Shown: positions 37,615-50,580 of the stretch, piece by piece
Layout: the number at the start of each line of letters is the position of its first letter
Position numbering within the stretch: position 1 is the stretch's first letter
Source: Paragordius varius
Lineage: Eukaryota; Animalia; Nematomorpha
Direction of reading: 5' to 3'
NCBI GenBank assembly: GCA_964247055.1
Contig: OZ176053.1
Location: forward strand, 1,054,001 to 1,118,000
DNA: 64,000 nt
Made by a program: the position numbers and the translations under genes
Notes under the pieces: model-generated
Databases searched by the model: none
Seen by the model: only the letters and a program-made list of their open reading frames with translations
What the model was told of the DNA's origin: nothing

Positions 37615-38312
37615 ATGTACAAACAAATCCATATTATCTTAACGCTTTGCATCGCCTTATTTGCAAGTAAATCCGTTATAACCAAATTAATTTTAAACTT
37701 ACCAAATATACCCAATATAGTTGCGCACTATATTTTTTATCCTTTAAATTTATATTTCTTTTTACGAATATGAAGGTTTTTCAATGGCATGCAAATTCAA
37801 CAATCAAAATATTCGGCCTGACAGATCTATCATTCTACGATCAGAAATATCAAACAAACATGTTTTCACGGATTGTGCGGATATGACAATAAAATTCAAC
37901 ATTCAACCTAAATTAAACGGTAAACAAGAGTTTTTTAAAAAAACAAAAATAATACCCATAGAATGTCGCATTTATATTGAATAAAATAATTGTTTAATAA
38001 TACTTTAGTGATTAGTGAAATAAGCACAAACACACGCACAGATCACATCTCAACAGAAATTCCAAGTTCTGGTGGCTCGCCAGTCATTATGACTGACCAA
38101 GCTATTGAATATAGAGTGGCCCCTGGCTATGCTGGCCCCATTACTGTAACGGTAAGTTTTTGTAAATATTTTTTAGAAAGAGATGTTTCGTTTTATTGAA
38201 TAATACATTAATGCACTTTAAATCAATATTTTTATAATGTATTTATGATTTTGTATAGTATGGCCGAGATCGATTATTCATCCCTACTGTAGTTTCGCCA
38301 AGAAGGAAGTAA
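37615..38312 (+). CDS. Small putatively secreted protein, copy 4 (130 aa; exons 37615-37666, 37776-37919, 38009-38151, 38259-38312)
   Basis: Intact four-exon model; variants F19, K24, S68, H78, K130. Confidence 0.9.
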
Positions 38313-39028
38313 AATCAAATAATGAAGAATCTGTTTTTATTAATGTATATAAACACTCATGTATATATTCTGTTTATAAATTAAAAATAAATTATTTATT
38401 TTATATTCAATTATGATTTTTGGATGAAACGATTTTAGATGCAGGCAAACAAATATATATATCGTTAGAAAATTAAAAAATAACCTGGAAAGCTTTGAGG
38501 CTACATTTGGCCAGCCACTTGATTTTATTCATGTTAAACCCTGCTGCTTATTTCAGTCGTGTTTTAGAGCTTGTCACAATTTTAGACTCTATAAATTAAT
38601 AAATATATTTTTTATCTAACATAGGAGGACAATGTTTGATAATTAAAAATCAACTTACAAACAGTTGGTTATTTAAAAAATTATGTCTCGAAATGTCATT
38701 GTGTACAAAAAAATATAAATGTTATAAAGTGTCTAATGATTTTTATGGAATCAAACCTAATTTATTATATTACACTAGACAAAAAATATTTTCTGCTATT
38801 CGAGTTTTAGCCTTTTCTGATGTTTACTTTCATTTTAAGTAAATCCGAATAAAAATTAATGATTCTGCCTAAGATTTATTTGTATTTCTGTTTTTTTATG
38901 ATTTTGGGCCCCTTATCAATATTTTAATAAAAAATATAATTTTTTAAAATAAACAGCAAATGCCTATTTTTATTTATTGTTCGAAAGAGGAATAAAAACT
39001 CTATTTCATACTATATCTTACATCTATA

Positions 39029-40866
39029 ATTACCCTATCACCATATTGATACTTATAGTATTTCTTTAACACATAAACGAATTTTCGATTATTTTAATAT
39101 TAACTTATTTTTTTTAGATTTGGTAGTTTTAATTTTTTACCCAATTCGAAATGCAGAAAAATTTCCCTAAATTAAAATAATTTCAAAATTTTGGCACACG
39201 TTGTTTGTGTTTCTGTATTCTATTTTATTTTTTATTTTGAAATTTTTATTGCATTCTTTTGTATTTAAGCAAGCCTTTCACCCAAACTTGCATATACATA
39301 TTCTTTTCATAGCTATCCTGCCTCATTTTTTATAACTCAATACCATAAAATATTTTTCAAATCAACATCATTAAATTTTAACTTGTTTTTTTATAGCGTA
39401 ATTGAAATTATTCGAATTTTGAAAAAAAAATTCATAATATTTAATCATAAATTTGAAGGATGACATCTAATGCTAAAAAAACGTAAATTATCCGTTGAAA
39501 ATCGCCCTTTAAAAAAGAATGGTTAGTAAAATTCTTTGTCGTTTAGAATAAAAATGTTGGTACCTGCCTTATATGTAAGGACAACATTATAAAAAAATAC
39601 AATATTTGAAAGAATTTTACAATCCATTTTTCTCATAAATTACCAGAAAATCACGAGGAAAAACGATAAATATAAAAAGATTAAGGTATTATACCAGAAA
39701 GAAAAATCTATTATGTCTATATCTTTCTCCCAGGAAAAAGTTGTATAATTGCCTTCGTATGAAATTCGTTATATTTTAGGAAAAAATATCAAACCCTTTA
39801 CTGATTCCCAACTAAAAGAATGTCTAATAAATGGTTGCACTTTTTTATTTGATAAATTCCATATACAAATCATGAGGCAAATTAAAAAACTTCAACTTTC
39901 TGTAACATGTGCTCTACGCATTGAAGATATGTCTAAATATACTTTTAATTATTGGCTCTGAAAAATTGCGAATACTTATTAGTGACATATGGTGGGTTTT
40001 ATTAGCCTACCTTTGCGACATTACTTATAAACTTTTTTAATACGTCGTCAAGGAAGCAAAATAACCTGATTTGCTAATGAAATATCTTTTAAAAATTAAT
40101 AATATAAACTAAATTTTATAAATTAAACACTCCTTTATCCAACAATTAAAACGATTTATAAAGAAAATCTGGAATTTACCGCGGAGATTAATTTAATAAT
40201 AGATGATCTAACATTTTTATCTAATGAGATAAAATTCAGATTTCAAAAATTAAGATATATTAAAAATTGCTTAAAACTCGTTAAAAATCCATGGCAATGG
40301 ATATATTCAATTAAACAACTTAAGTATTTCGGTTTTGATCAGGCGCATATCATTGAAGACTTCGTAGGTTAAAATTCCAATTTGGATATTTAAAGAGAAT
40401 CCTAGAGAAGAAAGATATGTAGAGTTTTGGCAAGATGTGCCAAATAAATATGAAAATATAAAAAAAGTGCTCAAGTTATCCTAACTCTTTTTCCCTCAAC
40501 TTACACGCGGTCATATAAAAAAATAAAATATGTCAAGAATACATACAGAAACCGCTTAACCGATGATCATATGGACGACGTATTAAGATTGGCCTGTCAT
40601 GAGGCGAAACCAAATTTGTCAAAAAATATTGGTTAATATCGAAATAAAAATTGTCATCAAAATATTTTAATTTTTTAAACTAAATGGTAAACCAGTTTTT
40701 TGATGGATTCATGTGCGATCCGCAAAAAAAATTGTGCCGATTTAGAGTATAAATATGTGCATATGTGTTAAATAGCTATGGAATATTTGCCATTATAAGG
40801 TTCATGGCACTCGAAAAAAAAATATATTTTATTTGGCCCGTCAATTTTTTTTGGTGAGTACCACTG
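39029..40866 (+). mobile_element. Duplicated derivative of hAT insertion B: left TIR deleted plus ~570-bp internal deletion
   Basis: Right TIR followed by ATGCAGAC (mutated TSD); left junction catctata|attaccctatcacc removes the first ~60 bp of the element; internal junction gaatact|tattagtgacat at ~39977. Confidence 0.9.
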
Positions 40867-42443
40867 ATGCAGACTGAAACGACAAACCCGCTAAGCGAGA
40901 GCGTTCTTGTCAATAAATATATTTTTAAAACCAATGGACAAAAATAGCCCAAACTTTGTTAAGATGGCCATTTCCAAAATCCATTTTAGTTTTATTGATA
41001 TTACCATTTCATCGATATTAAATATTTTCTTTTAAAGAGTTTTAATTATAAAATTACAAAGACTATAAATAAAGTATAAAGCATTCTTGATATTTTACAT
41101 TAAAAATTCAAATTATGCGGACAAAATAAATATAAAGACAAATATTTTTATAAAAGACAACCAACCATACTTTTTAAACTTTAATGTTTCCCATATAAGC
41201 TATTTAGTTACTGTTGTAAATTATGTAACTTATTGTGTTAGTATTATATCTATATTTCACACTTTGTTAATTTAAACAACAAGTTATATAGGTATAAATC
41301 TAGATTTAAAAAGCATGGTTGTCTATTAGAAAAAAATATTTGCCTTTATATTACAACGTTTTGTCCGTATATTTTTACTGTATAACCATATGTAATAAAT
41401 GAAGCTTAATTCCAATCTATGATTAGGAATTAATTTAGCGCGCACCGAGTTGCATTCTAACTATTAATGTTTGCTTAAGAAACAAATATTTTTGTAGCGC
41501 TGTTTAATTCCACTGTTTCCCGTAAAATATCATACGGCACACCGTAAAAAGGAATTTTATGTTAATATTTTATATATTAGTTCTTTGCTATGCAAGCCTA
41601 TGAATATATAACATATAATTTGGTCGATAAATTATTAATTATCGTTTTTGACAAAAACAAAAATTGGAAGTTAAAATTTTGTTCCTAGCGCATAATTATA
41701 ATACGATTCATAAAACATTTATTAATAAATTCAAAAACGAAATTGTTTTATAGTTTAACTTCTAGTTATAATTCAATATCTATTTGTGGTTACACAATAT
41801 TAATAAGCAACTAATATTTTATCGAGCTATTTTTCCATTTATTATTTGAACCGAATTTATAATGAAGTTGGTTGATTGTTAAGCGCCCATATTAATGAGC
41901 ACTGCATGATTGGTAGAAGGAATTGAATATAGATAATATAATTATAATTTGGAAATTTGTTATAAGCGATTTCTAAAAAATCAAAAGAATTGAAAATTAA
42001 TCCATGAGTAAGTAGGTTTTTTGAAGCTTTGTGCGTTTAATGATAAATAATTAAACGCTCTTTAAAATTTAGGAGCACTTTATTAATATTAAAAAAAAAT
42101 ATCTAATGAAAATCAAATATTTACGACAATCATCCAATAATACATATTAAACAAACTATTTTACCTTGATTTGTGGGTAGCATAGTTGGGGTTTATAATT
42201 TTAACTATCAATTTTACTTGTTTATTTACTTTGCTGGTTGTCTGCACTAATTGACGCAATTCGATTAAATAAACAATGACAAAGTCTTTAGCTCACCAAA
42301 AACAAATCAAACCGGTTTATATCCGGTCCTTATTTGAAGGCTATAAAAGGGCGGGTTTTTCTACGAAATTCATAAACATTTTTTATCAACTTTTCCCTGA
42401 AATAAACACTACCGAATTCCTAAAACTACTAACCCTGTCTACA

Positions 42444-43141
42444 ATGTACAAACAAATCCATATTATCTTAACGCTTTGTATTGCCTTATTTGCAAGTAAA
42501 TCCGTTATAACCAAATTAATTTTAAACTTAACAAATATACCCAATATAATTGCACACTATATTTTTTATCCATTAAATTTATATTTCTTTTTACGAATAT
42601 GAAGGTTTGTCAATGGCATGCAGATTTAACAATCAAAATATTCGGCCTGACAGATCCATCATTCTACGATCAGAAATATCAAACAAACATGTTTTCACGG
42701 ATTGTGCGGATATGACAATAAAATTCAATATTCAACCTAAATTAAACGGTAAACAAGAGTTTTTTAAAAAAACAAAAATAATACCCATAGAATGTCGCAT
42801 TTATATTGAATAAAATAATTGTTTGATAATACTTAAGTGATTAGTGAAATAAGCACAAACACACGCACAGATCACATCTCAACAGAAATTCCAAGTTCTG
42901 GTGGTTCGCCGGTCATTATGACTGACCAAGCTATTGAATATAGAGTGGCCCCTGGCTATGCTGGCCCCATTACTGTAACGGTAAGTTTTTGTAAATATTT
43001 TTTAGAAAGAGATGTTTCGTTTTATTGAATAATACATTATGGCACTTTAAATCAATATTTTTATAATGTATTTTAAATTTTGTATAGTATGGCCGAGATC
43101 GATTATTCATCCCTACTGTAGTTTCGCCAAGAAGGAATTAA
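42444..43141 (+). CDS. Small putatively secreted protein, copy 5 (130 aa; exons 42444-42495, 42605-42748, 42838-42980, 43088-43141)
   Basis: Intact frame; intron-2 acceptor is acttAAG instead of actttAG; variants S68, H78. Confidence 0.85.
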
Positions 43142-43852
43142 AATCAAATAATGAAGAATCTGTTTTTATTAATGTATATAAACACTCATGTATATATTCT
43201 GTTTATAAATTAAAAATAAATTATTTATTTTATATTCAATTATGATTTTTGGATGAAACGATTTTAGATGCAGGCAAACAAATATATACATCGTTAGAAA
43301 ATAAAAAAATAACTTGGAAAGCTTTGAGGCTACATTTGGCCAGCCACTTGATTTTATTCATGTTAAACCCTGCTGCTTATTTCAGTCGTGTTTTAGAGCT
43401 TGTCACAATTTTAGACTCTATAAATTAATAAATATATTTTTTATCTAACATAGGAGGACAATGTTTGAATTAAAAATCAACTTACAAACAGTTGGTTATT
43501 TTAAAAATTATGTCTCGAAATGTCATTGTGTACAAAAAAATATAAATGTTATAAAGTGTCTAATGATTTTTATGGAATCAAACCTAATTTATTATATTAC
43601 ACTAGACAAAAAATATTTTCTATTCGAGTTTTAGCCTTTTCTGATGTTTACTTTCATTTTAAGTAAATCCAAATAAAAATTTATGATTCTGCCTAAGATT
43701 TATTTGTATTTCTGTTTTTTTATGATTTTGGGCCCCTTATCAATATTTTAATAAAAATTATAATTTTTTAAAATAAACAGCAAATGCCTATTTTTATTTA
43801 TTGTTCGAAAGAGTAATAAAAACTCTATTTCATACTATATCTTACATCTATA

Positions 43853-46257
43853 ATTACCCTATCACCATATTGATACTTATAGTATTTTTTTAACACATAA
43901 ACGAATTTTCGATTATTTTAATATTAATTTATTTTTTTTAGATTTGGTAGTTTTAATTTTTTACCCAATTCGAAATGCAGAAAAATTTCCCTAAATTAAA
44001 ATAATTTCAAAATTTTGGCACACGTTGTTTGTGTTTCTGTATTCTATTTTATTTTTTATTTTGAAATTTTTATTGCATTCTTTTGTATTTAAGCAAGCCT
44101 TTCACCCAAACTTGCATATACATATTCTTTTCATAGCTATCGTGCCTCATTTTTTATAACTCAATACCATAAAATATTTTTCAAATCAACATCATTAAAT
44201 TTTAACTTGTTTTTTTATAGCGTAATTGAAATTATTCGAATTTTGAAAAAAAAATTCATAATATTTAATCATAAATTTAAAGGATGACATCTAATGCTAA
44301 AAAAAACGTAAATTATCCGTTGAAAATCGCCCTTTAAAAAAGAATGGTTAGTAAAATTCTTTGTCGTTTAGAATAAAAATGTTGGTACCTGCCTTATATG
44401 TAAGGACAACATTATAAAAAAATACAATATTTGAAAGAATTTTACAATCCATTTTTCTCATAAATTACCAGAAAATCACGAGGAAAAACGATAAATATAA
44501 AAAAATTAAGGTATTATACCAGAAAGAAAAATCTATTATGTCTATATCTTTCTCCCAGGAAAAAGTTGTATAATTGCCTTCGTATGAAATTCGTTATATT
44601 TTAGGAAAAAATATCAAACCCTTTACTGATTCCCAACTAAAAGAATGTCTAATAAATGGTTGCACTTTTTTATTTGATAAATTCCATATACAAATCATGA
44701 GGCAAATTAAAAAACTTCAACTTTCTGTAACATGTGCTCTACGCATTGAAGATATGTCTAAATATACTTTTAATTATTGGCTCTGAAAAACTGCGAATAC
44801 TTTAGTAGCTATTGATTCTAGCACTGATATTAGTACAACACCTCCGCTCTTCGTAAGATTTTGCAACGACAACATAATCAACGAATATTTAAATTTTTTA
44901 CCAATGAATAATACCACAAAAGGAAGGGAATTTCTCGAAATAATTAAGACTTTTTTCGATAATATGGTATATCTATGAAAAATTGGTTTCGATCTGCACA
45001 GATGGTTGTCCCTCTATGATTGGAATAACCAAAGGATTTATTCCTCTTTTGAAAACAAATATAATTTACAAAATATTTTATCCTTTCACTGCTTTATTCA
45101 TCAAACTTGGTTTCGCGTTTAAAAGATGAATCACTCAATTCAGTAATTTAAACGGTTGTGGATATAGTTACCCACATCCGTGGCAGAGAATTCAACCGCC
45201 GTAAATTCAAAACCCTTCTGAAAGATATCCACAGTGAGGTTGATTATATTCTTTCGTACACCGCTGTGAGATGGCTAAACCTTAGCACCGTATTAAATAG
45301 ATTTTTGTTTTAAGACATGAAATTCTATTATTTCTAAAAGATAACAGAAAGTTGGACGAGGAAATTATTAGTGACATATGGTGGGTTTTATTAGCCTACC
45401 TTTGCGACATTACTTATAAACTTTTTTAATACGTCGTCAAGGAAGCAAAATAACCTGATTTGCTAATGAAATATCTTTTAAAAATTAATAATATAAACTA
45501 AATTTTATAAATTAAACACTCCTATATCCAACAATTAAAACGATTTATAAAGAAAATCTGGAATTTACCGCGGAGATTAATTTAATAATAGATCATCTAA
45601 CATTTTTATCTAATGAGATATAATTCAGATTTCAAAAATTAAGATATATTAAAAATTGCTTAAAACTCGTTAAAAATCCATGGCAATGGATATATTCAAT
45701 TAAACAACTTAAGCATTTCGGTTTTGATCAGGCGCATATCATTGAAGACTTCGTAGGTTAAAATTCCAATTTGGATATTTAAAGAGAATCCTAGAGAAGA
45801 AAGATATGTAGAGTTTTGGCAAGATGTGCCAAATAAATATGAAAATATAAAAAAAGTGCTCAAGTTATCCTAATTCTTTTTCCCTCAACTTAAACGCGGT
45901 CATATTAAAAAATAAAATATGTCAAGAATACATACAGAAACCGCTTAACCGATGATCATATGGACGACGTATTAAGATTGGCCTGTCATGAGGCGAAACC
46001 AAATTTGTCAAAAAATATTGGTTAATATCGAAATAAAAATTGTCATCAAAATATTTTAATTTTTTAAACTAAATGGTAAACCAGTTTTTAGCTGGATTCA
46101 CGTGCGATCCGCAAAAAATTTATTGTGCCGATTTAGAGTATAAATATGTGCATATGTGTTAAATAGCTATGGAATATTTGCCATTATAAGGTTCATGGCA
46201 CTCGAAAAAAAAATATTTTTTATTTGGCCCGTCAATTTTTTTTGGTGAGTACCACTG
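43853..46257 (+). mobile_element. Duplicated derivative of hAT insertion B with the same left-end deletion as 39029-40866
   Basis: Identical left junction catctata|attaccctatcacc; right TIR plus ATGTAGAC; lacks the ~570-bp internal deletion. Confidence 0.9.
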
Positions 46258-46819
46258 ATGTAGACTGAAACGACAAACCCGCTAAGCGAGAGCGTTCTTG
46301 TCAATAAATATATTTTTAAAACCAATGAACAAAAATAGCCCAAACTTTGTTAAGATGGCCATTTCCAAAATCCATTTTAGTTTTATTGATATTACCATTT
46401 CATTGTAATATTTTCTTTAAAAGAGTTTTAATTATTAAATTACAAAGACTATAAATAAAGTGTAAAGCATTCTTGATCTTTTACATTAAAAATTCAAATT
46501 ATGCGGACAAAATAAATAAAAAGACAAATATTTTTTTTAAAGACAACCAACCATACTTTTTAAACTTTAATGTTTCCCATATAAGCTATTTAGTTACTGT
46601 TGTAAAATATGTAACTTATTGTGTTAGTATTATATCTATATTTCACACTTTGTTAATTTAAACATAAGGTGACCAGATTTTTTGAAGGAAAAAGCGGGAC
46701 AAATCTGAGAAAAGGGGGGGGGGGGGTCATTAAGGGGAACAACCAAAAATTTTTATACAAAAAATTTATTGTAATAATTATTTATTTATAATACAAATAC
46801 ATTATAAATATAAAAAATT

Positions 46820-47650
46820 TGTACCTTACAGGTTGTTTGTACCTTATTCAATAAATTTACATGTGCACGAACAAAGGGTGAAGTGATAGTAATATTCTAG
46901 AAAAAAATAATAAAGACGAAATCATCACAAAGTGCGCTGGGTGATGCAAAAAGCAGCACAAAAAATATTTTTAACAATTTAGCGAATAATCTTAATCAAA
47001 ACATTATTGGTAGATACACAACGCTATTCTAACAGCTACTGATTTGTTACCCCTGGATGTGGAAAATATAGATGTTAAAATGCTTGGATATTGTCGAACT
47101 GTTGGTTAGCTCTTTTGCCAGCGATTGAAATATTTATAAAAATGTGATCTCCTAGAATCCTATTTTTTATCACAGGACAAAGGTCAAAATTCCAAGTCAA
47201 AAAAGGTTAGAAAATAATTTTATACCATTACCTAATCGTTATAAAGCATCCAGAAAAACAAGGCTCAATGAATAGCCAGAATATAAGAATGTTTTATACA
47301 AACAGAAACTATTATTTGGAAGACAAGACGGTGCACAATGATACTTTTTTTTGCAGTCTCATTACAAAATAAATATATTGAATGAAAACTTACATTATGA
47401 ACAACAGAAAAAAATACGTAGGATAGAAATGGTTAAAATAATCCTTTTTAAACAAATTATGTTCCATACAATAATATTTTTATAGTAGAATTTGCATTAA
47501 CTTTACCAGAACCACTACTATTGAACGCGTTTTTCCACAGTAAATTAAGTAAGGACACGGAATCAAATTTAAATGTTAGATAAAAGCTATTTTATGGGTT
47601 CAAATATAATTTGACAAATTAAGAAGACTTATACAATATTTTAAGTAATT
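46820..47650 (+). pseudogene. Inverted, divergent, multiply deleted second copy of the Blackjack transposase
   Basis: Collinear plus-strand blocks match the reverse complement of ~49220-47750, e.g. aaatttacatgtgcacgaacaaagggtgaag, acaacgctattctaacagctactgatttgttacccctggatgtggaaaat, ggttagaaaataattttatacca, gaacgcgtttttccacagtaaat. Confidence 0.9.
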
Positions 47651-47696
47651 TTGTTTATTTTTTAACATAAAAACTTTATAAATATAAGAAAATATT

Positions 47697-49536
47697 TTAT
47701 TCTTTGGTATATTTTTTGTTTGAGTGAATGCGTTTTAGCAGATTGTCATCATTTTTTAAAATATTGTACAAGTTTTCACAAGAATTTGTCAAATTATATT
47801 TGACAGATAAAACGGCCTTTAAAGTTTCAACATTTAAATTTGATGTTTCCGATGTCCACACCTGATTTACTGTGGAAAAAACGCGCTCAGTAGCAGCGTT
47901 TGTTCCAGGTAAAGATAGTGCGAATTCCACAAATTTTTAAACTATTATTGTATGTATTCAAAATGTTGAAATATTTCCAACCATTTCTTTTCTACTGTAT
48001 ATTTTTCTTTTGTCCATAATTTAAGTTTTTCATTATTAATATATCTTTTAACTAATGATTCTTCAAAGATCATTTTCTGAAAGATTACTTTTTGAGAATT
48101 TTTGGGAACAGATATAATCAAATGATTTTTGAACATCGCACCAATTAAATTCTGATTTTAATGTTATCCAATGAAAATGATCAATTTCATTGAATTACGT
48201 CGTCCAGTCTTCCAAATAATTTTTACAGTTTGTATAAAACATTTAATATGGTACAGGATATCTTGGCGATTTATTAAGCCTTGTTTTTCTAAATTATTTA
48301 TTATATTGCGGATAATTATTGGTATAAAATTATTTTCTAACCGTTCTTGACATTGAAATTTTAGGTTAGTGACTTCATTGGCTAATTCGATTGCCGAAAT
48401 TTTGTCACCTTCTATAAATTTAACATTTTGAAAGAGAGAAGCTTGATTATTAAGAATTCTAACCATATTTTTGAAGAATCAGTTTCAAAAAACTTTTTTA
48501 AAGTTGTAGGACATTTGTCCTGTAAAATTTTTTAAAGGATCATACATTTTTAAAATTCTTTCGATAGCTGGTATAAAAGCTAACCAACGAGTTTTACAAT
48601 ATCCAAGGATTTTTTGATATTGAACTTCTACATTTCACAGAATTCTTTAAGCGTTTCAACACGTACTGTGTAGATATGAAATAGGAATATATTTTAACAA
48701 CTACATTTTCCACATCTAGGGGTAACAAATCAGCAGCTGTTAGAATAGCGTTGTGTATTATATGCGCTGCACATCCAACGCCAATAATGTATGATTAAGA
48801 TTATCTGTTAATTTATGAAAAATATTTTTTGTTCCCTCCTTGCTTTTCCACCAAAGTTCGTATTGGTGTTGTCAGCGCAATATGCGATAATTTTGTCTTT
48901 TAAATTATTTTTTTCTAGAATATGCATTATTGAAGTAAATATTATTTCGGAGTTTTCACCGGGTAAAGAAATTAAATCTAAAATTTTATTTTTACTCCGG
49001 TTTCTGAATCAAAATATCTTATTAAAGTGGGAAATAATATTGTTTCATGGTGATTTGATGCATTAGAGTATAGGGATAAGAAATTATTTTTAGCAAATCT
49101 TTTTGTATTTCAGAAAATGCATGTGGCGAAAGGACATTGCACACAATGGCTTCAGCCTTTTTACGGGCACATGTAAATTTTTTATGGAATAACGTGCGAA
49201 TAACCTGTGAGGTACAGTCCATAGATCTAAAGGAATGATTGTGATTAACGGCGTGAAAAGATAACACGCCCTCAGTTAGTGCCAAATTCTTTTCTTCCTC
49301 TCCAAAAGCGGTTTTTCGAAAAAAAATCGCTCATTTTATAAGATGATGCCGCCATATCTAAACATTTTTTATGTTTGTGTTTTTCCATATGCTTTGTAAT
49401 ATCATGCTTGCCCCATGTGATAGGGTGAATTCCCCTCGCATATAAGACATTTAACAGATGATTCATATTTCGTTTTTTTGATAAAAGGAAAATTCATTAA
49501 TTCATCGTTGAATTTACAACCTCGTTTTGTGCTCAT
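47697..49536 (-). pseudogene. Frameshifted hAT transposase of the Blackjack-like element
   Basis: Starts MSTKRGCKFNDEL; consecutive track ORFs give KHDITKHMEKHKH, EGVLSFHAVNHNHSFRSMDC, FTCARKKAEAIVCNVLSP and the hATC dimerisation motif LSLPGTNAATERVFS. Confidence 0.9.
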
Positions 49537-50580
49537 TTTTATAAACTACTATTAGTACAATACCTTAATTTTCTGGAATAAATGTGTAAGGTACCGATTT
49601 GTGGTATCAATTTGTCTTTTAAGCTCCCGATTTGTGGTATTAATTTGGCTTTTTAATAATGTTAAGTGATAAAACTAAAATTTTAACATAGTAAATATTA
49701 TATTACCTTAATTTTCTGAAATAAACGTGTAAGCTACCGATTTGTGGTATTAATTTGTCTTTTTAATAATTATGACAGTAGTAGTAGGAAGCAAAGTGTA
49801 TATTCATATAGTATAAATTCGAAAAAAATAAATATTTTTAATTTAAAAATAAAAAATTTTAATTTAAAATTGAATAGATTTTAAAGATATATAATGATAA
49901 AAAATTTAAACGGATAAAAAAAATTTATTTGTTTTAAAAAAAAATTTTTTTTTATATAATCGTGAAAAAGCGGGACATTTTAAATTGTAGCGGGAAGCGG
50001 GACAAAGTGTGAAAAAGCGGGACTGTCCCGCCAAAAGCGGGACGTCTGGTCACCTTATTTAAACAACAAGTTATATAGGTATAAATCTAGATTTAAAAAA
50101 CATGGTTGTCTATTAGAAAAAAATATTTGCCTTTATATTACAACGTTTTGTCCGTTTATTTTTACTGTATAACCATATGTAATAAATGAAGCTTTATTCC
50201 AATCTATGATTAGGAACATTTAATTTAGCGCGCACCGAGTTGCATTCTAAATATTAATGTTTGCTTAAGAAACAAATATTTTTGGAGCGCTGTTTTATTC
50301 CACTGTTTCCCGTAAAATATCATATGACACACCGTAAAAAGGAATTAATATTTTATATATTGGTTCTTTGCTATGCAAGCCTATGATATATAACATATAA
50401 TTTGGTCGATAAAATATTAATTATCGTTTTTGACAAAAACAAAAATTGGGAGTTAAAATGTTGTTAGCGCATTTGACTAATTATAATACGATTCATAAAA
50501 CATTAATGTTAAAAGATTTCGAAAACGAAATTGTTTTATAGTTTAACTTCTAGTTATAATTCAATGTCTATTTGTGGTTA

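Larger units (their letters stand above)
46665..50057 (-). mobile_element. hAT Blackjack-like DNA transposon (3393 bp)
   Basis: 13-bp TIRs TAAGGTGACCAGA / TCTGGTCACCTTA; 8-bp TSD TTTAAACA (46657-46664, 50058-50065); subterminal GCGGGAC repeats; empty site gttaatttaaacaacaag in the other units. Terminal GGTGACCA resembles hAT-Blackjack ends. Confidence 0.92.

Noticed and set aside
42276-42602. Longer N-terminus MTKSLAHQKQIKPV... in frame with exon 1 (also 55538-55864)
   Set aside because: It starts upstream of and runs through the TATA box, and the frame is broken by indels in other copies.
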